Source: Candidatus Atelocyanobacterium thalassa isolate ALOHA
GTDB taxonomy: Bacteria > Cyanobacteriota > Cyanobacteriia > Cyanobacteriales > Microcystaceae
Assembly (NCBI RefSeq): GCF_000025125.1
Contig: NC_013771.1
Location: 450,001-482,000 of the forward strand
Direction of reading: 5' to 3'
DNA length: 32,000 nucleotides
The position numbers and the translations under genes were made by a program. The notes beneath the pieces are model-generated. The model had not been told where the DNA came from. It did no database searches and saw nothing but the letters and a program-made list of their open reading frames with translations. How positions within the stretch are numbered: the first letter of the stretch is position 1; the number at the start of each line of letters is the position of its first letter. Below, in pieces: positions 18,635 through 27,044 of the stretch.

Positions 18635-20950
18635 CTAGTTTGCACAAGAAGTACAAGTGTTATCGAAATCCTTAAAATCATCTTTTTGAACAGTTCTAAC
18701 ATAATAAATAGCCTTACAACCATTTTTCCAAGCTGTTACAAACATTTTAAAAATATCTGTAGCTGATAAAGAACTTTCAGGTTCCTCCGGTAAATAAATC
18801 CCTTTATTTAAATTGAATAACAACTCCATAGATATTCCAGTATCTATCCATTCTTGTATTGCTGAAACTGCTTTAATGACTTTTTGTTGATCTAAAACTT
18901 TATTTTCATGGTAGAACCAAAAAGATTCCTTTATAAAAGGAGGAGCGATAGGTACTGTTCCTTTTGCCCATTTATCGTAGAAAAAACGACTATAGACAGG
19001 AAGAATACTTGCTGTACAGCCTTGTACTAGAGAAGAAGAAGTATTAGGAGCTATTGCTGTAATGTGAGAATTACGAATACCATAGGTTTTAATATTTTCT
19101 GACAATTCTACCCAACGCTCTTTTTGAGAAGCATTTTCTATAAACCAATCAACAGGCTTTGAACCAATTAACTTACCTTTACTCCAGTCACTTCCGGCAA
19201 ATGCATTATACGCACCTCGTTCCTTAGACAACTCCATAGAAGTATGAGTACACCAATAGCCAACTTCTTCGAACAATTGGCTAATTGCGTTTATATCATC
19301 ATAAGTTAAAAATCTCTTGGCTAACCAATCTGCCAAACCCATACATCCCACTCCAATAGTACGATACCTATCATTATGAGCTTTGGCATAACTAAACGGA
19401 GGGTTTGTAATATCTATAGTGTTATCTAAAATTCGAACTGCTAAACTTGAAAGATAACCAATTTCAGATTCTTCAATGTTTGCTAAGTTTAAACTAACTA
19501 AATTACAACAATGACTTTCTTTTCTAGGATCAACATTGGAAAAAGATTCTGTACATAAATTTACACTTGGAATATAGCCTACATGTTTATTAGGATTTGC
19601 TCGATTTATAGTATCTTTAAAAGCTAAATAAGGCATTCCTGTTTCTATTTGAGAACGCATTATATTTTTAAATAACTCACGAGCATTAATCTTCTTATAA
19701 AGAGTAATTTTATTTCCTAATTCAGATTCAATTAATGTATAAGCTCTTTCAAATTCTTCACCCCATAATTCTGCTAATTCGATACCAAGTTTTGTTCGAA
19801 CTTCATAAGGATCAACTAGCGTCCATTCTTGCTTATTCTCAACTCGTCGCATGAATTCATCTGTTAAGACTAGCTGAGGAAAAACATCATATGCTTTGCG
19901 TCTCTGATCTCCATTTTCTGTTTGCATTTCTAGAAATTCTGGAATATCTAAATGCCAAATATCTACACTAATTGTAATAGCTCCAGCTCTTCTTCCTCCT
20001 TGGTTAACAGCTATTGCTGTATCATTTAGTAATTTAACCCAAGGAATAATACCTCCAGAAGCATTAGCTTTACCCATTACCCAGCTTCCTGTAGCTCTAA
20101 TGCGGCTAACGTTGGCTCCAACTCCACCACCGTTTTTAGATATTCTAGCCGCGTTAGTTACCCCCTCACAAATACTTTCCAAGTCATCGTCAATAGCTAT
20201 AATAAAACAACTAGTTAATGAACCTTCTGGAACTCTCAAGTTTGCTAAAATTGGAGTAGCTAAGGATATTTTACGAGTAGCAATAGCTTCATAGAAACGT
20301 TTAGCCCAAGGTAATCTATTTTGAGGAGCTTCAACTATTGCTAATAAAAGAGCACAAGTTAATAAAGCTTCTTGAGGAAGTTCATCTGGCAATAAGTAAC
20401 GACTGCTGAGAAGCACCGCTCCAGCATAGTCATAATCTATATCCCAATCTGAATTAATCCAAGATCCTGCTTCTTTTAGTTCTTCTAAAGAATAAGTAAG
20501 CAAACGTTTGTCATATTGACGATTTTCTACTTTAGTTTGAACTGTAAATTCGTATTTATCATATTGATAACCACGACTCACTAAAATATTTTTCCAAAGG
20601 CTCCAGATATGGAGCCTGCCAGCGACATAACGCCAATCAGGCTCTTGAGGACTACACATCTCCAAAGTGCAATTGATTAGGTTATTTTGAATATCTTTTG
20701 TAGTAATACCATCACGTAAACGAGTAGTTAATCCCGCTTCTAAAGCAATACTATTTACATCCTTTCCAGAACATGCCCAACTAACAACGGCACGTATTTT
20801 TCCGATATCGAGAGCAGCCCAAGATCCATCTCGTCGTTCTACCTTAATTTTACTTGCTCCCAAGTTTGAATAGTGATTAAGGTGAGATGTGTTCGTGTCT
20901 CCTGGATTATTATTTTGCTGAGAGAAATTTGAGACAGTAGATTGCATCAT
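18635..20950 (-). CDS. nrdA: ribonucleoside-diphosphate reductase alpha subunit, class I
   Basis: 771 aa. The motifs are:
- an ATP-cone-like N-terminus (KVERRDGSWAALDIGKI)
- KNGGGVGANVSRIRATGS and QGGRRAGAITISVDIWHLDIPEFL
- active-site VNLCTES, which is the class I NxCxE form rather than class II NPCGE
- the C-terminal YY dyad (KAIYYVRT)
- a terminal CTSC pair

No intein is present, and no nrdB lies in the window. Confidence 0.85.
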   Translation of the reverse strand: MMQSTVSNFSQQNNNPGDTNTSHLNHYSNLGASKIKVERRDGSWAALDIGKIRAVVSWACSGKDVNSIALEAGLTTRLRDGITTKDIQNNLINCTLEMCSPQEPDWRYVAGRLHIWSLWKNILVSRGYQYDKYEFTVQTKVENRQYDKRLLTYSLEELKEAGSWINSDWDIDYDYAGAVLLSSRYLLPDELPQEALLTCALLLAIVEAPQNRLPWAKRFYEAIATRKISLATPILANLRVPEGSLTSCFIIAIDDDLESICEGVTNAARISKNGGGVGANVSRIRATGSWVMGKANASGGIIPWVKLLNDTAIAVNQGGRRAGAITISVDIWHLDIPEFLEMQTENGDQRRKAYDVFPQLVLTDEFMRRVENKQEWTLVDPYEVRTKLGIELAELWGEEFERAYTLIESELGNKITLYKKINARELFKNIMRSQIETGMPYLAFKDTINRANPNKHVGYIPSVNLCTESFSNVDPRKESHCCNLVSLNLANIEESEIGYLSSLAVRILDNTIDITNPPFSYAKAHNDRYRTIGVGCMGLADWLAKRFLTYDDINAISQLFEEVGYWCTHTSMELSKERGAYNAFAGSDWSKGKLIGSKPVDWFIENASQKERWVELSENIKTYGIRNSHITAIAPNTSSSLVQGCTASILPVYSRFFYDKWAKGTVPIAPPFIKESFWFYHENKVLDQQKVIKAVSAIQEWIDTGISMELLFNLNKGIYLPEEPESSLSATDIFKMFVTAWKNGCKAIYYVRTVQKDDFKDFDNTCTSCAN

Positions 20951-21625
20951 TTAAACTAAATAAATTATGACTAAGAAAAAACTAATAAATTGTGTACTTG
21001 AATTTTATTACCTTTGTATCAGCTTGAGGAGGATACATTTATCGTTGTTACACCATAGATATGCTGTGATATATGGTATGTTTTTGCTAAGACTCTACAG
21101 AAAAAATATAAAAATATTTTTATCGAATAGATCGTTAGGAAAAAATATAAATTTATAAATGAAAATCCTGAGTTTAATCTATAGGATACCAAGGTTTAAA
21201 GTGTTCATTAAGAAAATTTAATATCTTATATACCTTTTAAGTATTATCCATATCAATACGAAAAATATACAACATACAATTAATTGATTACATAAATAAC
21301 TAAATAATCTTAAGTAAAAGATAATAAAAATTTACCTTGAAATTTCTGTATACTTCTAGGCTCAATTTTTCACAAATTCACATTTTATTGATACTTAATT
21401 ACTAAAAAAGAAAACCTTAAGTTAATCGAATAAATGTAAAGTTAAATTACGTTGTCAAGTTTACATCATTTTACGTCATTAATTATCTAAATATATTTTT
21501 ACAGAATTATTCCATAGGTAAAGTATCATAACATCCTATTGTCTGTTATTTCAGTATATTTAGAATATTTTTTATTATCTAGCCATCAATAGTTAAATTA
21601 TAATTTATAGCTTAATATATTACTT

Positions 21626-21663
21626 TTTTATAAATAAAATATATTTATATTTTATTTATAAAA
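21626..21663. repeat. perfect 38-nt palindrome made only of A and T (18 + 2 + 18)
   Basis: TTTTATAAATAAAATATA-TT-TATATTTTATTTATAAAA. All 18 pairs were checked. It sits in the middle of the 1.1-kb nrdA/ycf66 spacer. Confidence 0.9.
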
Positions 21664-21739
21664 TTCAAATACTATTAACTTAAGTTTCTTCGTTAAAGAT
21701 AGTGATTTCCTAATTAAAAATATTATCTTTTATGATATG

Positions 21740-21789
21740 TTTTTTGATTATTTAAGCATCAAAAAGATGTTGCTTAAATAATTAAAAAA
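21740..21789. repeat. 50-nt inverted repeat (19-bp stem, 12-nt loop)
   Basis: TTTTTT-G-ATTATTTAAGCA [TCAAAAAGATGT] TGCTTAAATAAT-T-AAAAAA has 18 Watson-Crick pairs plus one G-T. It lies ~260 nt downstream of the ycf66 stop. Confidence 0.85.
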
Positions 21790-22049
21790 ATTAATAACGT
21801 GTATATTTATTTTTTGTTTTAAATATAAATTTTTCACAACTTATTAATTTAGTTTTTTAAGTCAACGAATAATTAAAAATTAATATAATTATTGTAACTA
21901 CATTAATTTTTCACGAGTTTATGTGTAGCGATTCTAATCTATTTCTTATAAATAGTTATAGTTTGCTACATAGTCTATGTATTAAACCTTTTTAGTTATT
22001 CAATTAAGATTAGTTAAATTATTTCAGTAAATAAAAACATATAAAATTT

Positions 22050-22811
22050 TTATTTATTAAGATTATCAATGTCTCTTATATTATTGTCTTCTGCTTTATA
22101 TTCTAATTCTGATTTTTCAAGAGGTTGGTAATCAACATAATCAATATGATTATAATTATTCGTCTCAGAACTAAAACTTTTATTTCTATTCTTTTTATTT
22201 AAGCGTGATCTGCTTTTTCTAGAAGTACGAGATAAGTCAGAATTGTTTGCCCACACATCATTCACATTTTCCCAGACACCATAGTCATTATCAGAGTTAC
22301 GGTTGGAGTTAATTTTTGTTCTGGAAGACGGACGATTACTTCTAGAACGACGGATTCTTTCTTTACTGTTTAATCGACGATTGTCCTGTAAATCGCTAGT
22401 GCCTTTTAAACGAGGATTATTGCGATAATCCTGCGATTTATTTTCATAAGAGTCTAAATTATCAAGCTCAGCTTCAGTATATACTCTAGTTTTGCTAACT
22501 CTACGCCCATTATCAATAAACGAAGAACTACGTCTAGCTTGTTCTGTAGTAGCTCCTCTTAAACGAATACTTTCTGCAGCGAAGAATATGGCCGATCCTG
22601 TTAATAAGAATTGTCCAAATTGTAAAATAGGATCTAATCTCCAACCTTGAAATAGTAAAATTAATCCGCATAATAGACCAACTGCAGCAAAAAAAATATC
22701 ATGATCTCTTGATAGCTCTGGTCGCACAGAGCGCAAAAAATATAAACCCGCTCCGGCTATTGCTAAAAATATTCCCAGCACACTAGCTGAATTTAGTCCA
22801 AAATTAACCAT
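22050..22811 (-). CDS. ycf66: Ycf66 family membrane protein with a long low-complexity R/S/N-rich C-terminal tail
   Basis: 253 aa. The first ~90 aa (MVNFGLNSASVLGIFLAIAGAGLYFLR...GWRLDPILQFGQFLL) match my recollection of the Ycf66 N-terminal domain. The remaining ~160 aa are polar and repetitive (RRSRSNRPSSR, SRKSRSRLNKKNRNK). Confidence 0.75.
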   Translation of the reverse strand: MVNFGLNSASVLGIFLAIAGAGLYFLRSVRPELSRDHDIFFAAVGLLCGLILLFQGWRLDPILQFGQFLLTGSAIFFAAESIRLRGATTEQARRSSSFIDNGRRVSKTRVYTEAELDNLDSYENKSQDYRNNPRLKGTSDLQDNRRLNSKERIRRSRSNRPSSRTKINSNRNSDNDYGVWENVNDVWANNSDLSRTSRKSRSRLNKKNRNKSFSSETNNYNHIDYVDYQPLEKSELEYKAEDNNIRDIDNLNK

Positions 22812-23123
22812 TACTAATCTCCATTTTCTATTTTAATAATAACGAATTTTTGCTAATCATCTCTATACTCTTATACTAAATAATTAATATAGTGGATATT
22901 ACCGATAATTCAGAGAAAAATTAATAAAAGATTGTTTGTTTTTTCATCAGTATAAGAAGAAGAATAAGTAAGTAGAAACCTGATTGTTTTTATTTACCTT
23001 AGTTATCATAAATCAGTTAAAGTTTACATAAATAATTACTACCAATTTGGACTTCAAATATATTTATAAATAGTATCAGTTTTACTCGTCAAAATTTTAA
23101 AGCAGACATTTCCATTGAAAATC

Positions 23124-24575
23124 TCAATTCTTTTCAGTTTTATTTAATGTTACTAAAGCCTTTTTGTAAGCATCATCTAAAACTTCGGAAAGAGTTGGAT
23201 GAGTATGTATATTGAGTGCTAAGTTATATATGGTTTGATGTTGACCAATCGAGTTAGCGGCTTCTTGAATTAAGTCAGAAGCATGAGAGCCAATGATATG
23301 TACCCCTAGTAGCTCTCCGCTATCTTTCCTAAAAATAATCTTAACAAAGCCATCGGCATCTCCTTCTGCGAGTGCTTTAGAATTTCCCTTAAAATATGCT
23401 TTGACTGAGGAAAATTCAAAATTTTCTAACTTACTTAATTCTTTTGCTGCAGATTCTGTAAGTCCTACATAGCTAATTTCGGGATGAGTAAAAGTTGCCG
23501 CTGGTATACTTCGATAATCTATTTCTATATTACGTCCACATATGTTTTCAACAGCAATAACTCCTTGTCCAGATGCCACATGAGCTAGCATCATTTTCCC
23601 AGTAGCATCTCCTATTGACCATATATGAGGAACAACTTGACCATTACTTATCACTTGCATCTTATCGTTAATAGGAATAAATCCTTTTTGTAGTTCAATA
23701 CCAAGATTATTTAATCCAAGATTACTAGTTTCAGGAATACGACCTGTAGCGACTAAGCAGGCATCAACTTCTAAAACATCTACTAATTGTTTAGTTTTAA
23801 CATTCGTTAGTTCAATAACAACAGGTTTACCTGGAATTACTTTACTTGCAAAGACACCAGAATAAGTCTCAATATCACGAGATTCAATTAGTTTGCGCTG
23901 AGCAAACTTGGAGATTTCAGAATCAAAGCCAGGAATTAAATTATCTAATGCCTCTACTATAGTTACTTCACAACCTAATGCAGTATAAATGTCAGAAAAT
24001 TCTAGTCCAATATAACCACTACCAATAATAGCAATCCATTTAGGCAATTCTTTGAGCTTCACTGCTTCATCACTTGTGAAAACAGTATCATTATCAATTT
24101 TTATTCCAGGGGGAACAAAAGGACTTGAACCAGGAGATAATATAATATTTTCTGCGGTAATTTTTTGTTCTCCATTATCGGTTAAAACATTAATTGTTTG
24201 GTTGTTAATAACTTTTCCCTGGCCATATATGACTTCTACTTTTAAATGCTTCAAACTATTTGTTAGATCTTGACGAATTTTATTTACTAAATTTATTGCA
24301 TGATTAGAAATTTTTTCTTTATCAAATTTTAATTCGCCAACTTTAATTCCTAATTCTTCAAGATGGTTCGAATTTTGTAATTCTCTTACTTTTTTTGCTG
24401 CTGCCAATAAAGCTTTCGAAGGAATACATCCACGGTTAACACATGTTCCACCCATATCTCTCATTTCTATTAAAGCAGTTTTTAAACCACATTTAACTGC
24501 ATGCACAGCAGCTCCATGACCTCCTACTCCTCCTCCAATAATAACTAGATCGTAATCAAATTCTTTTTTATTCAT
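23124..24575 (-). CDS. lpdA: dihydrolipoyl dehydrogenase (E3)
   Basis: 483 aa. It has FAD-binding IIGGGVGGHGAA, the redox disulfide GGTCVNRGCIPSK, NAD-binding IIGSGYIGLEF and the C-terminal interface motif HTHPTLSE. Confidence 0.93.
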   Translation of the reverse strand: MNKKEFDYDLVIIGGGVGGHGAAVHAVKCGLKTALIEMRDMGGTCVNRGCIPSKALLAAAKKVRELQNSNHLEELGIKVGELKFDKEKISNHAINLVNKIRQDLTNSLKHLKVEVIYGQGKVINNQTINVLTDNGEQKITAENIILSPGSSPFVPPGIKIDNDTVFTSDEAVKLKELPKWIAIIGSGYIGLEFSDIYTALGCEVTIVEALDNLIPGFDSEISKFAQRKLIESRDIETYSGVFASKVIPGKPVVIELTNVKTKQLVDVLEVDACLVATGRIPETSNLGLNNLGIELQKGFIPINDKMQVISNGQVVPHIWSIGDATGKMMLAHVASGQGVIAVENICGRNIEIDYRSIPAATFTHPEISYVGLTESAAKELSKLENFEFSSVKAYFKGNSKALAEGDADGFVKIIFRKDSGELLGVHIIGSHASDLIQEAANSIGQHQTIYNLALNIHTHPTLSEVLDDAYKKALVTLNKTEKN

Positions 24576-24627
24576 ATTTTTCTCTATTACATTGCGATCA
24601 TTTTATTTTACTTAAAAATATATACTC

Positions 24628-24662
24628 TGATAAAAATCTTTTTTTAAAAAAGATTTTTATCA
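24628..24662. repeat. perfect 35-nt palindrome (17 + 1 + 17)
   Basis: TGATAAAAATCTTTTTT-T-AAAAAAGATTTTTATCA. All 17 pairs were checked. It lies 53 nt upstream of the lpdA ATG and ~315 nt downstream of the tRNA-Arg 3' end on the same strand. Confidence 0.9.
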
Positions 24663-24977
24663 AGGCTCTAATATTTATTACCATTCATTTAATCTATACT
24701 CATATCAATATTGGTTTTATATGATTCAAAAAATATAGTGTTATTTTTTAGAGTAATCAATTAAGATGTAAAAATTAAAATAATTTGGTTATTTGACAAA
24801 AAATCTTGGGAAATAATACCTTTTACTGTTTTTAAAAATTGTTTACATAACTCTTTATTTATTTACATAGCTATATATAGAATTTAATTACTAATATTAC
24901 ATAGATTTAATGAATAGATTATTAGTGTTAATTATTTTACATTGACAATAACTCTAAACCTTAAAGACGTAATTTAA

Positions 24978-25050
24978 CGAATACGGAGGGACTCGAACCC
25001 CCGACACCCAGGACCGGAACCTGGTGCTCTATCCACTGAGCTACGTATCC
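24978..25050 (-). tRNA. tRNA-Arg (anticodon CCG)
   Basis: A manual cloverleaf fold on the minus strand gives a 73-nt tRNA.
- Acceptor stem: GGATACG/CGTATTC, with one G-U pair
- D arm: GCTC-AGTGGATA-GAGC
- Anticodon arm: CCAGG-TTCCGGT-CCTGG, giving anticodon CCG
- Variable loop: GTGTC
- T arm: GGGGG-TTCGAGT-CCCTC
- Discriminator: G

The 3' CCA is not encoded. Confidence 0.9.
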
Positions 25051-25056
25051 AGACAC

Positions 25057-25062
25057 ATTATA
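25057..25062 (-). promoter_or_regulatory. candidate -10 box (TATAAT) for tRNA-Arg
   Basis: The minus strand reads TATAAT-GTGTCT-G(GATACG...), so a consensus -10 hexamer ends 6 nt before the mature tRNA 5' end. No good -35 is present (best candidate TTAGTT). Confidence 0.3.
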
Positions 25063-25256
25063 TTAACATAGTTTATTTAACTAATGTTAAATATTATAAA
25101 CGTATTGAAAGATATATTGTAAAGTCCTAAATTTATATGTAATTTTGTATTTTTAATATTGATTTCGATATGATTCAAATAGTAATAAATCTGATCAGAT
25201 ATTTAAAAAACTGAGATGATAAAAGTTTGCTACGAATTAAGGATTAAAACTCTCCT

Positions 25257-26252
25257 GTGAGCCATGCTTCACCAATATTAATGCCACATTTTACAGTGTC
25301 GTCGTCATCAGATAATAATCGTCTAAGACTTTTTTGTGGATCGTCCAACATTGCTCTAGCCCAAGAAATTGCCAGTTATCTGGGAATGGACATTGGACCG
25401 ATGGTTCGTAAACGATTCGCCGATGGTGAATTATACATCCAAATTCAAGAATCAATTCGAGGATGTGATGTTTATTTAATACAGCCTTGTTGTAACCCTG
25501 TTAATGATCATTTTATGGAGTTGCTGATTATGATTGATGCTTGTCGAAGAGCATCTGCACGTCAAATTACTGCTGTAATTCCTTATTATGGTTATGCCAG
25601 AGCCGATAGAAAAACGGCAGGACGTGAATCTATTACAGCAAAACTGGTAGCTAATTTAATAACAGAAGCTGGTGCCCATAGAGTTTTGTCTATGGATCTT
25701 CACTCTGCTCAGATACAGGGTTATTTTGATATACCTTTTGATCATATATATAGTACTCCTGTATTATTAGACTATTTTTCTACAAAAGATTTGTCTGATT
25801 TGGTAATTGTTTCTCCAGATGTTGGAGGAGTTGCTAGAGCTAGAGCGTTTGCTAAAAAACTTGATGATGCTCCATTGGCAATTATAGATAAGCGTCGTCA
25901 ATCTCATAATGTAGCTGAGGTTATGAATATTATTGGTGACGTCAAAGATAAGACAGCTGTCTTAGTCGATGACATGATTGATACAGCTGGGACAATCACA
26001 AAGGGAGCAAATCTTCTTAAAGAAGAAGGGGCGAGAAGAGTTTATGCCTGTGCTACTCATGCTGTGTTTTCTGGTCCTGCAATTTCTCGACTTTCAAGTG
26101 GTGTTCTAGAAGAAGTAATCGTTACAAATACGATTCCAATTCCTGAAAAAAACTGTTTTAAACAACTTACTGTATTATCTGTAGCTAATCTGTTAGGAGA
26201 AGCTATTTGGCGTGTTCACGAAGATACATCTGTAAGTAGCATGTTTCGTTAG
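25257..26252 (+). CDS. prs: ribose-phosphate pyrophosphokinase (PRPP synthetase)
   Basis: 331 aa with the GYARADRK, DLHSAQIQGYF and PRPP-binding VLVDDMIDTAGT motifs. The ORF-track start is a GTG, so the true start is uncertain by up to ~9 codons. Confidence 0.92.
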   Translation: MSHASPILMPHFTVSSSSDNNRLRLFCGSSNIALAQEIASYLGMDIGPMVRKRFADGELYIQIQESIRGCDVYLIQPCCNPVNDHFMELLIMIDACRRASARQITAVIPYYGYARADRKTAGRESITAKLVANLITEAGAHRVLSMDLHSAQIQGYFDIPFDHIYSTPVLLDYFSTKDLSDLVIVSPDVGGVARARAFAKKLDDAPLAIIDKRRQSHNVAEVMNIIGDVKDKTAVLVDDMIDTAGTITKGANLLKEEGARRVYACATHAVFSGPAISRLSSGVLEEVIVTNTIPIPEKNCFKQLTVLSVANLLGEAIWRVHEDTSVSSMFR

Positions 26253-26408
26253 ATAATATTTAACCTTGCAGGCATGATCATGAGCTATTTAGTTTTTATC
26301 AAGAAAGAAAAAACTGGACTATTTGATTGGTATTTTCAAAATTAGATATATTTAATATTTAATTTTACACAGGAAGTAATCATAGCTCTAAAGTATTATG
26401 TTTTAATA

Positions 26409-26466
26409 ATTAAAGTTACATTCTGTAGCTAAGTTATATAATTTAACTACAGAATGTAACTTTAAT
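26409..26466 (-). terminator. 20-bp perfect stem-loop starting at the stop codon of the 83-aa ORF
   Basis: ATTAAAGTTACATTCTGTAG [18-nt loop] CTACAGAATGTAACTTTAAT. All 20 pairs were checked, and 5 are G:C. One arm overlaps the TGA stop by 1 nt. No U-tract follows on the minus strand. Confidence 0.5.
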
Positions 26467-26717
26467 CATTGCATTTTTATATCTTTAAGTAAAAATGGCA
26501 TCATTATTCCTGTAAAAGCACTAGAGGCAATGAGAGCCATCGTAAAATTCAACCCTACTTCTTTTGAGCCAACTAATATTAATAAGCCTTCTAATCCAAT
26601 TAGCATAAAGGATCCTAATAAAATACCAAAAACTACTTGTCTATAAACATGAAGAGGATCACGTAGTAACTTACCCTTGAAAAATAATTTTGCTGAATAC
26701 CAAACTAAATTAAACAT
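26466..26717 (-). CDS. hypothetical small membrane protein (2 predicted TM segments)
   Basis: 83 aa with an ATG start. It is preceded by AGGAG 8 nt upstream, and that AGGAG overlaps the TAG stop of the upstream 89-aa ORF. Hydrophobic segments are VVFGILLGSFMLIGLEGLLILVG and LNFTMALIASSAFTGIMMPFLL. I recognise no family. Confidence 0.6.
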   Translation of the reverse strand: MFNLVWYSAKLFFKGKLLRDPLHVYRQVVFGILLGSFMLIGLEGLLILVGSKEVGLNFTMALIASSAFTGIMMPFLLKDIKMQ

Positions 26718-26728
26718 ATTTTAAACTC

Positions 26729-26998
26729 CTAAATAAACTTAAGAATAATCAAGCCAATAATAGCAACGGGAACTCCTCCTGCTGGGCCTAATAAGCCTCC
26801 AAGAATACCTGCTAATTCATAGCCTAAATCTTTGCCGGCTAAAACGATGCCACCAATGGCACCTGAAACAGTTGAAAATAGAGCAGCGACAAATAACCAA
26901 AAAAGACCACTAATCAGAGTTATATCCCCATTTATCAAATCAAATAGGAAAGTTTTTATCACAAGGTTCACATTTAACTGCTCAACAAATAAGTTCAT
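26729..26998 (-). CDS. hypothetical small glycine-zipper membrane protein (2 predicted TM segments)
   Basis: 89 aa with an ATG start preceded by GGAGG at a 9-nt spacing. It has GxxxG-rich segments (SGAIGGIVLAG, LAGILGGLLGPAGGVPVAIIGL). The style resembles GlsB/YeaQ/YmgE-like small stress membrane proteins, but I cannot confirm homology. Confidence 0.6.
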   Translation of the reverse strand: MNLFVEQLNVNLVIKTFLFDLINGDITLISGLFWLFVAALFSTVSGAIGGIVLAGKDLGYELAGILGGLLGPAGGVPVAIIGLIILKFI

Positions 26999-27044
26999 AT
27001 AGAAAGTCCTCCCGAATATAGATTAGATTCTAGGTTTATTGCTT

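Noticed and set aside
20100-20294. 64-aa ORF on the plus strand
   Set aside because: It is antisense to nrdA.
18635-20950. I considered whether the ribonucleotide reductase is a B12-dependent class II enzyme (NrdJ) or carries an intein, as in some cyanobacteria
   Set aside because: The NLCTE active-site form, the C-terminal YY dyad and the terminal CxxC pair are class I features. The length (771 aa) and the uninterrupted motifs leave no room for an intein.
21050-21081. Possible NrdR box upstream of nrdA (ACACCATA ... TATGGTATGT)
   Set aside because: As I recall them, NrdR boxes are contiguous 16-bp palindromes, roughly acaCwAtATaTwGtgt, usually in pairs. Here the two half-site-like arms are separated by 14 nt and one carries an indel. 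Each candidate 16-mer matches only half the consensus. An 8-bp imperfect inverted repeat is at chance level.
20967-21158. 63-aa ORF on the plus strand directly upstream of nrdA
   Set aside because: It starts 17 nt from the divergent nrdA start, has no SD, and is basic and low-complexity. It is most likely a chance ORF in the promoter region.
21364-21916. Three direct copies of AATTTTTCAC (21364, 21828, 21905), each one mismatch from a cyanobacterial DnaA box (TTTTCCACA), plus TTATCCATA near 21246. I considered a possible replication origin.
   Set aside because: My rough estimate is that about one such 10-mer triple is expected by chance in 1.1 kb of this composition. None of the sites is an exact DnaA box, no dnaA or dnaN is nearby, and gene orientation does not switch here. 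It is mentioned only as context in the spacer finding.
24052-24273. 73-aa ORF on the plus strand
   Set aside because: It is antisense to lpdA.
24594-24600. GCGATCA, a possible decayed HIP1 (GCGATCGC) site. GCAATCGC near 29841 is another one-mismatch variant.
   Set aside because: Hexamer-level matches are expected by chance. I spotted no intact HIP1 in the window, but a manual scan is not exhaustive.
24841-24945. Four TTACAT(A/T)-containing words (TTTACATAAC, TTTACATAGC, ATTACATAGA, TTTACATTGA) between tRNA-Arg and lpdA. GTTTACATAA is also present near 23021.
   Set aside because: The spacings are irregular (20, 33 and 40 nt), the words are short and AT-rich, and there is no consistent flanking similarity. 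This is compatible with chance.
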